Shown here one piece after another: positions 46,251 through 58,972 of a stretch of DNA of 64,000 nucleotides; position 1 is the stretch's first letter, and each line of letters begins with the position of its first letter. The notes beneath the pieces are model-generated. The model was given only the letters and a program-made list of their open reading frames with translations, was not told where the DNA came from and searched no databases. A program made the position numbers and the translations under genes. This stretch comes from Felis catus (Eukaryota), in contig NC_058373.1 of the NCBI RefSeq assembly GCF_018350175.1, forward strand, positions 100,876,001 through 100,940,000. Reading direction: 5' to 3'.

Positions 46251-49200
46251 TCCTCTCCATGTGGGAAGAAAAGCCAATTTCCCCCTCTTTTATGGGCATG
46301 CTAATAGCAGCGTCTATCATATTAAGACACTAAATAAATAAAATGCTATAATTCTTTCATTACTATTTCTGTTTCAGTGTATTTTTTCATTCTATAATGA
46401 AAACATTTCAGCATCTAAATTATAACAAAGCCATGTCCTTTTTCTTTGCCATGTTGCAGCCCTCACAATGCTTTTCTTCTAGAGTTCTAGAGCCGAGGTT
46501 CATGCAAGCAGGTGCCCCCGAACCAGTTTCTGCAATTCTAGATGGAATCGGATAGATAGCAATTTACTATAAACATTTTGGGGATGAGCTGAAGGATAGG
46601 AAACTCTAAAGAATTCACATCCATCTGGCAGCAAGTATGCCTGTCTGCTAACCTTAAAACCCTGGGTCTAGACCTATTATGTATTCTTTACTGGCTCCTG
46701 CTCTGAGCACACTACAGATTCTGCGAGGTATTCCCAGAAGATCTGCTCTGGTCATTCTCTTCTGGGAAGGCTTTGCACCTGGCCTCCAAAATGCCATCGA
46801 GAGCATCCCTTAGACTATTTCTCTAACCATACCCCGCACCCCCAAAGACTTGGCCTATATCTTGAACATCTGATTTAAAGAATATGGTGCTTTGGGTCCT
46901 ACCCTCACGTGGGACACCACCACTCACCCTCACTCCCAAACTTGTGGATTTCTAATGAGGAGGCTTTAAAAGGGGAGCTCTTTAGCTAACAAGGCAATTT
47001 AATGGGACTGGGATTAAAAGCACAGCAGCCTGTTTCCAGGACTAGTTATGTAAGAGAGGCTCCAAGAGAGGACAGAACATGGTTTTCTACAAATAAATAA
47101 GGCAAAAAGGCTACACTCACTAGTGCCACAGCTGGGAAGCAAATATGAGCAATGAATTTCTCATGCTAACAAATCCAAGCTCTTTGGAAAACAGATGTTG
47201 AGCCCTGGGACTGGCACTGGATCTCCCCTGGCAGGAACTGCAAGGTTCAGAGATGGAAGGGTATCTAGAGACCATTTGTTCATAAACACAGCTGAGGGCC
47301 AGCAACCTGCTTTTATGCCCTGTCTGGGCTGCACCGGCAGACCTCTTCCATGCAGCGTTTCCACAAGAAGGCAGATAGGCAAGGCTTCTGCAGCCCACGC
47401 TCTAGAGAAATAATTAAACAGTTTTTCTTAACCTCTTGAACTTTTCATTTATTATTGCCATCCATTATGTCTACCTTCTCAAATCGCAGAATCCCGAAAC
47501 TGAGCTCTGGGGTCAAGGGTTTATTGTTTAATGGAGATAGAACATTTTGTAAATTGCACGAAGTCACAATGTTTATAATAGAAGCTTCTGGTGGACTGAA
47601 TCTCTTCCACTTAACAAACAGTGAGCTTTGACATGTGTTCTTCCTACATAGCAAGAAATTTGGGGTAAGTGCAGTACTGGCATGAACACGTTACCAAATC
47701 TTTCCTGTAAACCAAGTGACATCCACAAGTCAAATAAAAACATTCCTTCCACCAAATACCAGGAAATGCTAAAAGTATCACTATTCTTCTAAGGTCATGC
47801 TAAAATGAAGTTCTGGCTTTTAGAACACAAAGCAAGGATGAAGAAGGCCAACATTTTTGTCCAACACACATTTGCTGCTACAAGTCCTCAGGGACAGCCT
47901 CCTGGTTCAAATATGAACATGTGAATGGAGAATTTTGCCTAGGATTTAACCTTCAAATGAAAAGTGTAAATATTTTAAGAAAATGTATGAATGTTAAAAA
48001 AAATTCCTGTTGTCTTTGTTTTTACTAGAATTTGTACTTTCAAGTCAGAAACGGATTTGCTTAAAACAAAGCAAACATCCTCAAAAATGTACCCAGCCAA
48101 AATAACCAATGTATAAATTCCTAGGATTAACAAAATATGAATATTCTTCAGTAAAGAAACTTAACCAAAAATTGGAAGTTCTTGGGAAGCAACAGAAAAG
48201 AAAGTCTTCAACCTTCCAATTTTAACCCTTTGTGTTGGAGATCTCATCAATATTTTTGAGGGAAACAAATGTGCATGCAACACATTCTCATGTGTTTCTT
48301 TTGAGACTTTTTTAAGTTAATGCTATGTAAAACATTTTGGACGATAAGTGTAGCTGATAAAAACCTGTGTAAAAGGCTTGTCAAAAGGTATGTAAAAAGT
48401 GACTTTCCAAGAGTAATTAGCACGACAATGTTCTTAACGCTTAATAATTGGTTCCAAGTACAAGATGTATTTTGGACTCATTTTTATGAGGTCAAAACAC
48501 ATACAATCCTTAAAATTTATATTTGTAATGGTTCAGGCTAATTTCCCTGCTCCTCCCTCCCAAGCTTCTCACAGGAAGGACAATGCTCATTCAATTTTTT
48601 TCTAAATTTCTAAAATAATTTTAATAGTATTTAATGTTGTTTCAATAGACTCATTTGCTTATACTACGAGGCTCACAGGGCCTTTGCAGGGACTCCGACC
48701 CACCATTCCTGATTGGCCAGCAGGTGTCACTGTGGGTTTGGGTGGTAATCCAGTTGACCAAAGAAAAGAATGACTGATGGGGGGGAATAACAAGAGTAGA
48801 GAAAGGGAAATATAAAAGCAGTTTCTTAGAGGACAAAGTTATTATAAAATCTCTTAGGTTTCCATAGACCTTTTCTTTTGAAGCTCAAAATTCTTTGTAC
48901 TACCTTTCATCTCCTGTAGACCCAGAAGTTAATTCACTTACATGAGATCTGATGATGCTGAGTTAGTCACTGAAGATAACTTCGCTGGATAAAATAGCCG
49001 TAAAGATGAGCAAAATTGAGAAATGGATTCTTGTAGCCCGTACCCTAATCTCATGTTTTACCTTTTTGCTGCATGGCTATATGTCTTGTTGAATCACAGG
49101 CACCTTTGCTTAACTTCAGAAATGTTACAAAGTCTACCAGCTCCTTGGTAGGTCATAGACTCATGGTTCAGAATAAGATTTGGGCTATCACTAACCCCTG

Positions 49201-51226
49201 TGGTGAAAGAAATTTGCTGTTTCATTAGTTGAAGGGGCATCTTGTCTGGAAAGTTGGTTCAAAGCTCCCCTAAATCTGGATTACTCACTTTTAACAAAGC
49301 CTATTTGAGTCATATATCTTTCTGAATACATGGAATTTATTAATAAATAAAATTTCAATTGGTAAAATTAACACATATTTCTTGAACAACTGTCAACTTT
49401 TCAAGAATGGATGACCACAAAACCTCCCTGCACAGAGAGGAATTCACAGCTGGCCTAATTTGAATAACAGGCTGTAAATTGATTTCTTTTTTGGCTTGTT
49501 ACTTGGAAAGGACATCCATGTTGCTGGTGCAGAGAGCAGGCAATTTGTGAAGAAAAGATACATGGTTTGACTTCTCCAAATAAGGCTTAACACATGTGTG
49601 ACACATCCTAATTTTAGTTGAGGTCTGAGGAAAACAAAGCAGAAAAGGGTTTTAAAGGAAAAGAGAACCTTTTCTACATTCTGAAGAGCTTCTGTGTCGT
49701 TACAACTTTGGCATCTACTCTGAACCACCCATCTCAGATGATGGATCATTATCCCGTTTTGGAGTTGTAGTACCTCATTGGTGGAGGTTCTACAACCTGA
49801 GAGTGTTGAAAACAAAAACAATGTCCACTCTGTTATGAACCTCCTGCCATTTCTATCTGGTTTTAATTGCCCCATCTTTATATATAAGTAAAGTTCTTAA
49901 TGATGTAATACATGCTTTTAATGCTGGTTCTAATTAAGAATTTAAAAAAAAGGCTCAAGAAAAATAGAGTAAAGGCACAGGTTCAGAAATAGAGAAATAT
50001 CCAAAGTATGAATACTTGGTTTCCACCTAGCTTGGTCATCCATTCACAAAGATAAATCATTCTAAAGTAAGCTGATTTGGGTCCATGAAAGATAATACAA
50101 AGGATGGTTTAGTGCTTTTTTCCTCAGAAAATCCATGCATTTATGTATATGTCCCTTTCCTGACTCTGAGATGGCTGTTTTCGCTTGTACATAAGAATGT
50201 GTCATTAATGGAACATCGTTTTCTCTGGTGCTCAGAGATTAAGACTCACTTTTACTAAGCATTTCTGGCAGAATGAATAGGAATCATAGCAACAGGCACT
50301 ATAAGCACAAGCAGCTGATGGGTGTGGGGTGGAGAGAAGAGAAATAAAGAAGAGGGGTGTTAAGGTATAAAAATATTTATCCTGGGTAACGGAGCATCAA
50401 CAGAATTTTCTTTTCAATTAGATGTATACATCTGTGAAGAATGGAGTCCTTGGACACTGGTTTATCCTTTGGAAAAATTCCCACTATTTCCATGACAACA
50501 TTTTAGACCATTAGAAATAGTAGTGATCACTATTTCCTCAGGGTCACTGTACCCTTTGTATATTGTGAGTGCCATTGAACGCTTAATCACATATGACTGG
50601 GTATTTTGTATATGTGTAAGCATGTGCATACACATACTTGTGTGTTTTCCCAACTGGAGTCTAGCTTGTCTAGAACAGTAGTTGCATGTTATGTATCTCA
50701 GATCCCTTAAAACCTTGTGCCTTGATTCAAAGCACTTGGTAAGACTTAAAATGAATCTTTGTTAAAGGAATGAAATTATAAAGGGTACTTTTGTTTGGTA
50801 CGCATTGGTATTGTTAGGTTACTTTTATGTAGACCATACAAATAATTCACTTCTTGTGGTTCCGTATCCTGAAGTGAAAATTACACATTTACCATGTTTT
50901 CATAGATATTAATGGGAGCTATTAAAATAAGAAGTTGTTTCTAGGTTGGTGGTCTTAGGCCTGGTATTGAATGAAAAAGATGAGGTAAATTTTAATTGTG
51001 GAAAGAATAAAACTCTATGCATTGCTTTGTTAAAGTTTAGCAGTTTGTGTGCATGATTTTTCCAGTTCATTTAGGAAAGAACAACAATAAGACATTAATT
51101 TTCTTTAATTTCAGTGTGTAATATAAAAAAGAAAATAAAATGGAGAATAAAGGGATAGAAGTGACCAATCTGACATTATATTTCTTTTCCTTAACATCAG
51201 ATGTTTTGTTTGAAAAGCACAATTTA

Positions 51227-51451
51227 GGGGCACCTGGGTGGCTCAGGCAGTTAAGCGTCTGACTTTGGCCCAGGTCATGATCTCGAAGTTTGTGAGTTCG
51301 ACCCCGAACTGTCCGGCTGCATGCTGAAAGCTCCGAGCTCAGAGCCTGGAGCCTGTTACAGATTCTGTGTGTCTCTCTCTCTCTACCCCTCCCCTGGCTC
51401 ACACTGCCTCTCCTCTCTCTCTCAAAATAAACATTAAATTTTTTTTTTAAA
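51227..51451 (+). mobile_element. CAN-SINE
   Basis: TSD AAAAGCACA(A/G)TTTA at 51213-51226 and 51452-51465. Confidence 0.96.
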
Positions 51452-53030
51452 AAAAGCACAGTTTAAAAATGTAACTACAGATAAGATAACCTAATTAAAA
51501 GTTTAAAGAAAAATGATTTTATTTATGCTTTGGTACATCAGGATCAGCTATTATGAACCAGATGGTATTATGTTTCTGTTGAGAAAATATTTTTAGGAGT
51601 CAAAGAATTATAAAATGAAACAAATAAAATCATTACTTATACTTTTGGGGAGGAGGACAGTGTGAGGAAAATGTGTGGAAAAGACTAATATTTGTGTCTA
51701 ATGATTTCATTATCATATTTCTACTTTCTTTGTCATCTAGGGTAAACTCTAAGGATGTGTCATGAATTCCTGAGCCACAATAAATCTGTAAACATCAGAC
51801 TCTGTGTGTGGGTAAAATGGATAATTCTCTGACCTTTAGTAAGCTTTCACTAGAGCAAAGGAAGTCCCTCCACATAATGTTTCCCCACTACAAAATACTG
51901 GCAGGGCGCCAAAGTATGCCCTTTGGCAACTCTCCAGTCTGGATGGCTTTCCTGGAGCTAGAAGACATTCATGAATCTGCCCAGCCCTGCAATTTTTTTT
52001 TTTTTTTTTTTTTTTTCAGAAAGCCTTTGCAAAGACCTTTCTAATGTGCAACCTGCTGAGGGAGATGTGAGAACACATTAATCATGGATTTCTTCCAAAG
52101 AAACTTGGGGCTGTCCTGATCTAATTCAACAGGTCCACCTTCCTGCCCAGTGTGAGCCACAAAACTGTTACAAAAATGCCAGCAGATAACCTAGAATGGA
52201 TCTAGCTGAAAACTAAGGTTATGATAAAAATAAATTAGAACTTTCTGACCCTTGGAGATGAGGTTCAGCCATGGTTGGCTTTACTTTTGAAGGACAAAAC
52301 TGATAGTAATTAAAATATGTTAGTAAACATATTGTTTATTCTTGTTTTCCTGTTTTATTCCAAATCTCAAATCATTACTATAACTGTGTGTTGTTAAACC
52401 CATTTTCATTTTCAGTCATCACACGATAGAATACTAGAATGTTTTTCTCTTGAGTGTCTAGTAGTGAAGACTTGCTCGGACATTTCCAGAACCTGACTAT
52501 AAACCCATATTCCAGTGTTATCTCTTGCCATTCCACAAATTTACACTGTCATCTGGCTAATTCACATGACTTTCTCTTCCTCTGTCCATGACAGAGCTTG
52601 AAACATCTTTCAGCTTGGAACATCTCACTAACTTCATCCAAGCCCATTTCATCCTGCAGAGTCCAGATAAAGTGCACTGTCTCCTCAAATACTTTGGGGA
52701 ACTTTGGGTGATTCCACTGGTAGTAACACATCCTGAATTGCATCGGAATTATTTGTTTGTATGATTTACAACCAGAAGGCAAGTTTCTTGACGCTAAGGA
52801 TCATTTCTCATTTGTATGCCTATAATATTTAGTACAAACAGCTTAGCCAACATTTGTTAAGAGATTAAAATGTGAAATTACCTTAAATATTGACAATGAC
52901 ATGGCCAAATTCCTTCTTCAAACATAAATGGTCCTGTAGAGAATATGAATTATAGACTTGTTTCATGACCTTTAGCCACTAACTATTCATTTTGTAATTC
53001 ATGCTTTCATTAAGACTTTGATTGACTTTT

Positions 53031-53253
53031 TTTTTTTTTAATTTTTTTTTCAACGTTTATTTATTTTTGGGACAGAGAGAGACAGAGCATGAACGGGGGA
53101 GGGGCAGAGAGAGAGGGAGACACAGAATCGGAAACAGGCTCCAGGCTCTGAGCCATCAGCCCAGAGCCCGACGCGGGGCTCGAACTCACCGAGCGCGAGA
53201 TCGTGACCTGGCTGAAGTCGGACGCTTAACCGACTGCGCCACCCAGGCGCCCC
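53031..53253 (-). mobile_element. Very young felid CAN-SINE (SINEC_Fc-type)
   Basis: CpGs intact. Perfect 16-bp TSD ACTTTGATTGACTTTT at 53015-53030 and 53254-53269, with a TT|AAAA site. Confidence 0.98.
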
Positions 53254-53444
53254 ACTTTGATTGACTTTTAAGGACAACACATACTTAAGGGCCAAAAGGG
53301 TTTGACAATAAATGGGAAAAGACTGTAATTAAAATTCAGGTGATAAACTTTAAACAATAGGAATACTGCTGATAACATATTAGCACTGAGATAGCAGGTA
53401 TCTTGGGTACCATGCTCTGAATATTAAGGCCTAACTCTTTCATC

Positions 53445-53665
53445 CCAATTCAGAACACGTCTTAAGGGTCACCCTGTCTTCAGAACTCCCTGCCAACTTC
53501 TACATCTTCCATTAGGACTGAATTATAGCTCAACTTCCCCCTCTACCTAGTCCTTCTTCCTTTCCTTCTCTTCCCTTCCTTTCTATAAGTGTTGTCCTTG
53601 AGAGCCCAATAACCTCTTGCATTCTCTCTGTCTCAGAGTCTACTTCCTCAGGCCACCCAGCTTGT
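53445..53665 (+). mobile_element. ERVL LTR 3' part (LTR33-like)
   Basis: ctcaacttccccctctacctagtcc ... aataacctcttgcattctctctgtctcagagtctacttcctcagg. Confidence 0.6.
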
Positions 53666-53922
53666 CTCTCTGCTCCACTCCATGACTACTCCTCTGATTT
53701 TACTGTCACTCCCAATATAGTTATTCTGCCAGATTCAGTCCTGCTAAACCCCCACCAGCCAGGCAAGATGTAACCTTCTCCCAAATTACAGATGATAGGG
53801 GATGGCCAGGTGTTCTAAGTTAGGAAGGAAAGGAACGAGCAACTGCACAGGAGTCAGAAATGCAGGCTAGGAGTAGGTAGAGAAAGTACCAAGTGATATC
53901 AATTATAAAGGGGCCATGTTGG

Positions 53923-54830
53923 AGAAGACATGAATAGACATTTTTCCAAAGAAGACATCCAGATGGCTAACAGACACATGAAAAGATGCTCAGCATCACT
54001 CATCATCAGGAAAATACAAATCAAAACTCCAATGAGATATCACCTCACACCTGTCAGAATGGCTAAAATTCACAACACAGGAAACAACAGATGTTGGCAA
54101 GGATGCAGAGAAAGGGAAACCTTCTTACACTGTTAGTGGGAATACAAAGTGGAGCAGCCATTCTGGAAAACAGTGTGGAGTTTCTTCAAAAAGTAGAAAA
54201 TGGATCTACCCTGCAATCCAGCAATTGCACTACTAGGTATTTATGTAAATGATATGAAAATACTAATTTGAAATATACATATTTCAAATACTAATTTGAA
54301 AATACACATACACCCTCATGTTTATAGCAGCATTATCAATAATAGCCAAATTATGGAATGAGCTCAAATGTCCATCAACTGATGAATGAATAAATAAGAT
54401 ATGGTATATGTACACAATGGAATATTACTCAGCCATAAAATTGAACTACAAATTGAACTACAAATTTTGTCATTTGCAATGACATGGCTGGAGTTAGAGT
54501 GTATTAGGCTATGTGAAGTAAGTCAGAGAAGGACAAATGATTTTACTCATATGTGTAATTTAAGAAACAAAACAGATGAACATAGGGTGGAAAAGAGAGA
54601 GACAAACCATAAAACAGACTTTTAACTATAGAGAACAGACAGAGGGCTGCTGGAGGGGACGGGGTGGGAGATGGGCTATATGGTTGATGGGTAGTAAGGA
54701 AGGCACTTGTTATGAAGAGCACTGGATGTTATATGTAAGTGTTGAATCAGTAAATTCTACTCCTGAAACTAATATTACACTATATGTTAACTAACACTAT
54801 AATTTAAATAAAAACACTAAAATAAATAAA
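53923..54830 (+). mobile_element. 5'-truncated carnivore L1 (ORF2 C-terminus + 3'UTR)
   Basis: Peptide [45 protein letters not shown], carnivore 3'UTR and (TAAA)n tail. Decayed TSD ataaaggggccatgttgg / ataaatgggtcacattgg. Confidence 0.95.
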
Positions 54831-55200
54831 TAAATGGGTCACATTGGGATCAAGTAAGTAAACAAGTTAGAAGAAAAAGGTAGTGTTCCTAACAACCTGT
54901 GAGGGAAAATATGGCCCCAGGATTGGTAAGCAATGTGGTTTTAGAGGTGTAAGGATCTAAGTGATAGGAAAGTGATTCCTAAAGTGGTTATATCTTTTTG
55001 TTATGATGAAACAGAGTTTATAATATTACCCAGAATTACTTCATGATAGAAGAAATGATGAGCAGGAGTGGGGTTCTGTGAGAGGAAGAAGTAAAACTAG
55101 AAAACTCTCATGGTGATTTGCTTAGAAGCCAGCAGCATGGTTCACCTCAGAGCATATAACCTCTTACAGTAAACAGTACCTATAGTGTGACATTTAGGTA

Positions 55201-55284
55201 TTAGGCTGAATCATGTGAAATTGCCAATATCTCATTGTATTCTACCTACAAAAATGGCCCACAGTTTCATGTAGTTCAATATAA
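55201..55284. mobile_element. Mariner-derived MITE (MADE2-like)
   Basis: 84 bp with imperfect terminal inverted repeats ttaggctgaatcatgtgaaattg / cagtttcatgtagttcaatataa. TA on both sides (55199-55200, 55285-55286). Confidence 0.8.
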
Positions 55285-55289
55285 TAGTT

Positions 55290-55424
55290 TTATTTATTGA
55301 CAGTCTTTCCTCACTGGGATGATTATTTTGTTCAGTACTGTATCACAGTACCCAGTACCACATCTACCACAAATTAGGTACTCACTGCAATTTTTTGATG
55401 AATTAAGTAAGAAATGGATTATTT
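55290..55424 (+). mobile_element. L2 3' end
   Basis: ttttgttcagtactgtatcacagtacccagtacc ... taggtactcact ... gatgaattaa. Confidence 0.55.
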
Positions 55425-55667
55425 GGGTTGCCTGGGTAGCTCAGTTGAGCATCCGACTCTTGATTCAGCTCAGGTCATGGTCTTGGGGTCGTGAGATCGA
55501 GTCCTACATCAGGCTCCATGCCTAGCATGGAGCCTGCTTAAGATTCTCTCTCTCTCACTCTCTTTCTCTCTCTTTATTCCTCTACCATCCTCCATCCATG
55601 CATGAGTGCTCTCTCCCTCTGTGTCTCAAAAAAAAAAAAAAAAAAAAAAAAGAGAGAGAAAAAGGGA
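55425..55667 (+). mobile_element. CAN-SINE (older subfamily, long A run)
   Basis: TSD AAGAAATG(G/A)ATTA(T/C)TT at 55409-55424 and 55668-55683. Confidence 0.94.
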
Positions 55668-55719
55668 AAGAAATGAATTACTTAGCCCCCAATTTTTTTA
55701 GCCATAATTTACTATATGA

Positions 55720-56180
55720 CTTAGGATTCCTTCAATTATAAATAACAGAATCCCTATTTATGTTAGATAAGAAAAGAAGAGTATTAATGGCTCCCAAAAT
55801 TAAGAATTCCAAGGAGATCAGGCACTAGTTGCAGGTACAGCTAGATCCAGGGACTTGAATAATGTCATAAAAATTCGGTCTCTTGCCATCATTCATCTCT
55901 GATTTTTTTCCGTGTTGGCTTAATCCTCAGGCAGGACCTCTCAATTTGATGATTTCTAGTGGCTCCAGGCTTACTGTCATTAGCTTAGCAAGTACCAGTG
56001 AAAAGGAAAATACCTGTTTCCCAATGGTTCAAATCAAAATTCCTGACCTTGACTCTCAAAGAATCTACTCTGACAATATCTGAGGAGCTAAAGCAGGGTT
56101 TCAGTCCACCTCAGTTAACAGGGCTGAGAAAGAAAGAGATGGTAGTTCCCTGGAGGAAAATCCTGGTGCTGTTACCAAAA
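55720..56180 (-). mobile_element. MaLR LTR (MLT1J-like)
   Basis: caggtacagctagatccagggacttgaataatgtcat ... gtgttggcttaatcctcaggcagg ... gtgctgttaccaaaa. Confidence 0.7.
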
Positions 56181-56204
56181 TAAGTTACAATAGCCAACAC
56201 TAAG

Positions 56205-56420
56205 CCCTTATCTCTTAGGCACTATTCTAAAAGCAATCCCCTCAACAGCCCTGTAAAGGATAGCACTATTATTATCCCCACTGTATACATGAGTAAGTTG
56301 AAGTGTAGAGAAGTTAAGTAACTTGTTCAATATCACATCTACACCTGGGGAGATAGAGCCAGGATTAAAACATCAACAGTCCAATTTACAGCCCATTGGT
56401 ATAACCGCTTCACTTTGCTA
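56205..56420 (-). mobile_element. MIR
   Basis: cctcaacagccctgtaaagg ... actattattatcccc ... agagaagttaagtaacttgttcaatatcaca. Confidence 0.8.
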
Positions 56421-56815
56421 CCTGAAAAGAACTTTACTCTACTTAGCTTATCAATTTACAGAGCCCCTGATTTGGTAGCATCTAATTCACAATGGCGCAT
56501 GGAGAGTTACTGGTTCACTCATCGAAATGTTGCTAGAGAGACAGTTTTCTCTAAGACCGTCCCAGAAGTTGTTTTCTGGCTGCTAAAAAAGGGATTCCCT
56601 ACAACCACAGGTCTTTCTTCTTTTATCCGCCCCACCCCCCACAAGCCTGATTTTTTTTCCCACCAAGTGAATTGATTCTGTTTTAAAACAATATTTAGAG
56701 CATCTTCGATGCAGTGAAATAAGAACACTATTTGGATGTTTAAAAACATTAAATACATGAGTTATATTATGTTTAGGTCCCTTCTAGATTTGACATTCCA
56801 GTAGGTTCAAGATAT

Positions 56816-56930
56816 TTTTTCTTTTTAAGATTTTGTTCCTCAGCAATCTCTATACCCAACACAGGGCTCAAACCTACAGCCCCGAGATCCAAAGGCACAC
56901 GCTCCACTGACTGAGCCAGCCAGGCAGCCC
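56816..56930 (-). mobile_element. Short CAN-SINE lacking the CT tract (old short subfamily)
   Basis: About 115 bp: tRNA-like head followed directly by the A tail. TSD GTTCA(A/G)GATAT at 56805 and 56932. Confidence 0.88.
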
Positions 56931-57762
56931 TGTTCAGGATATATTTGAGTCATCCACACTCTAGTTGACTCTTTAGATGCTGAAGTTACTCCCTGGTAAA
57001 GACCATATATAGCTCTCTTTTGTCTCTCCTTTCCCTACCCATCTCCTTGAGAGTAACTTACCAAAGCTTATTTCTAACAGGTGAGGAGTAGTAGAGGCTC
57101 AGATATTGTATTTTCCCTCAAACATGGTGGATGATGCTTGGTTGGAGGGAGCTCTGAAAAACTGGAGAGAACAGAGTCTTGAAAGTCTGCCCCCTTGCCT
57201 GGGGTTGAGGCTTGTCTCTGAAGTAAAGTGTCCAATCGGTTGTATTTCCTACACAGTGGGAGTGGAGTTAGGTGAGGGATTTAAATAAAGGTTCTTCCCA
57301 GTAAGGCTCCTGCCTGGCTGATTCATGTACACACAACTGAGTTGTAATCTCTATGTCTCTCTGCAAATCAGCATCCTCTGCAACTTCTTAGTTTGTGCCT
57401 TCTCATGATATCAGCTTTGTCTTGCCCAGGTGATGCCTCTGGTACTCACAGTGTCTAACTAACTCCATCTCAGTTAATTCAAGGTCATAAGTTTCCTACG
57501 GGTTCATCCCAAATTATAGATGAGCTCGATGTTAGATCAATGAATTTCTCTCATCCTGTAAACTGTGACCAGAGGGCAGGATTACGTGGTACTGACATGG
57601 ACCTAGGACCACTCCTTCAGAAGGAAAACAATTTGCCACTGTGGAAAACAATTTCAAGAGGAACATGCAGTAGTGGGGGGTGGGAGGAAGGAGCATGGAA
57701 GTCACAAATCTGTCTGCTACATTTTCCAAAATTGTTCCTTATTATAAAACAAAGTAATTTCT

Positions 57763-57998
57763 GGGGCGCCTGGGTGGCGCAGTCGGTTAAGCGTCTGACT
57801 TCAGCCAGGTCACGATCTCGCGGTCCGTGAGTTCGAGCCCCGCGTCAGGCTCTGGGCTGATGGCTCAGAGCCTGGAGCCTGTTTCCGATTCTGTGTCTCC
57901 CTCTCTCTCTGCCCCTTCCCTGTTCATGCTCTGTCTCTCTCTGTCCCAAAAATAAATAAACGTTGAAAAAAAAAAATTAAAAAAAAAAAAAAAAAAAA
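57763..57998 (+). mobile_element. Very young felid CAN-SINE (SINEC_Fc-type)
   Basis: Perfect 17-bp TSD AAAACAAAGTAATTTCT at 57746-57762 and 57999-58015. Long pure A tail; CpGs mostly intact. Confidence 0.98.
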
Positions 57999-58374
57999 AA
58001 AACAAAGTAATTTCTTAGCTGGTATATCTGTAGCAGGGAAAATACAAAGAGGGCTGGTTTTCATGATAATGATCTTTAGATCACATTTAATACTGAAGTG
58101 ACTTCTAAATTCTCATAGACTAACCATGGTCATAGAGGGTGTTTTTATAATTACAGGTTGTTCACTTTCTTGGAAAATGGCAACCTGGGTATTCCCTACA
58201 GATAGCTCTTCATCAGTCAGGACACTGGGTTATTTGCAATACTTGTTTAAGCTGAACAAGAAGTTCTCCTGCATTTGGTCATGAAATATAATGTCATGAA
58301 ATAGAAAAGTATAACATAAAAATAATGATTTCAATTGCCAAATCAAAAGACTTGTTATGAATGAGGAGGGAAGC

Positions 58375-58950
58375 CTGGCTGGCAATAATTAAAAAGTCAT
58401 GTAATACAAGATGCTAATGAGGATGGGAAAATTCTCCTACATCTCAGGTAGTAGAGACATTCTGGAGGGTAGCATGCAAATACGAAGTGAAAACAAGAGC
58501 ACATCTTCCCTGTGACCTAGTAGTCTAACTCAGATATATTCTCCAAAAGAAATTCTTAAATTGTCTGAAGACCATGTATATGAGAATGTTCAGAGCAATT
58601 TTACTTGTGGTAGCTGGGACTGGTGGTACCTCCAGTCCTGGAAGTAATGTTTGAAAACAGTGTTGGGATGCAGTCTACATAGTAATATGCAGCAGTTTGA
58701 AGTAATAAACTAGATTTACATACAGAAGCATTCATGGATCTTAATAAAAGAGCATTGAGTGAAAAAGTAACAAACAGAAGGAGAGCTTTGTGCAATATTA
58801 CTTAGGTAAATTAAAAACAGGTACTGCATGAAACACTGCCAAATTATTCAAGGATGTGTGGATATCCAAGAACATATAGTAAACACATTAGAGGGACTGC
58901 CTATAGGAAGAAGGACAGCTTGAATGGGGACAAAGATGAAGGAGGAACAT
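58375..58950 (+). mobile_element. Ancient L1 (L1ME-like) 3' fragment
   Basis: ggcaataattaaaaagtc ... acattctggagggtagcatg ... gagaatgttcagagcaatt ... tatgcagcagtttgaagtaataaactagatttacata. Confidence 0.7.
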
Positions 58951-58972
58951 AGAGAGAGAGAGAGAGAGAGAG
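58951..58972. repeat. (AG)n microsatellite
   Basis: Perfect AG run. Confidence 0.9.

Noticed and set aside
49444..49875. 143-aa ORF, the longest outside repeats
   Set aside because: No recognisable homology or splice context, and its composition looks like translated AT-rich non-coding DNA.
57763..57850. tRNA gene (A- and B-box-like motifs)
   Set aside because: This is the tRNA-derived head of a CAN-SINE, followed by the CT tract and A tail; there is no intact cloverleaf.
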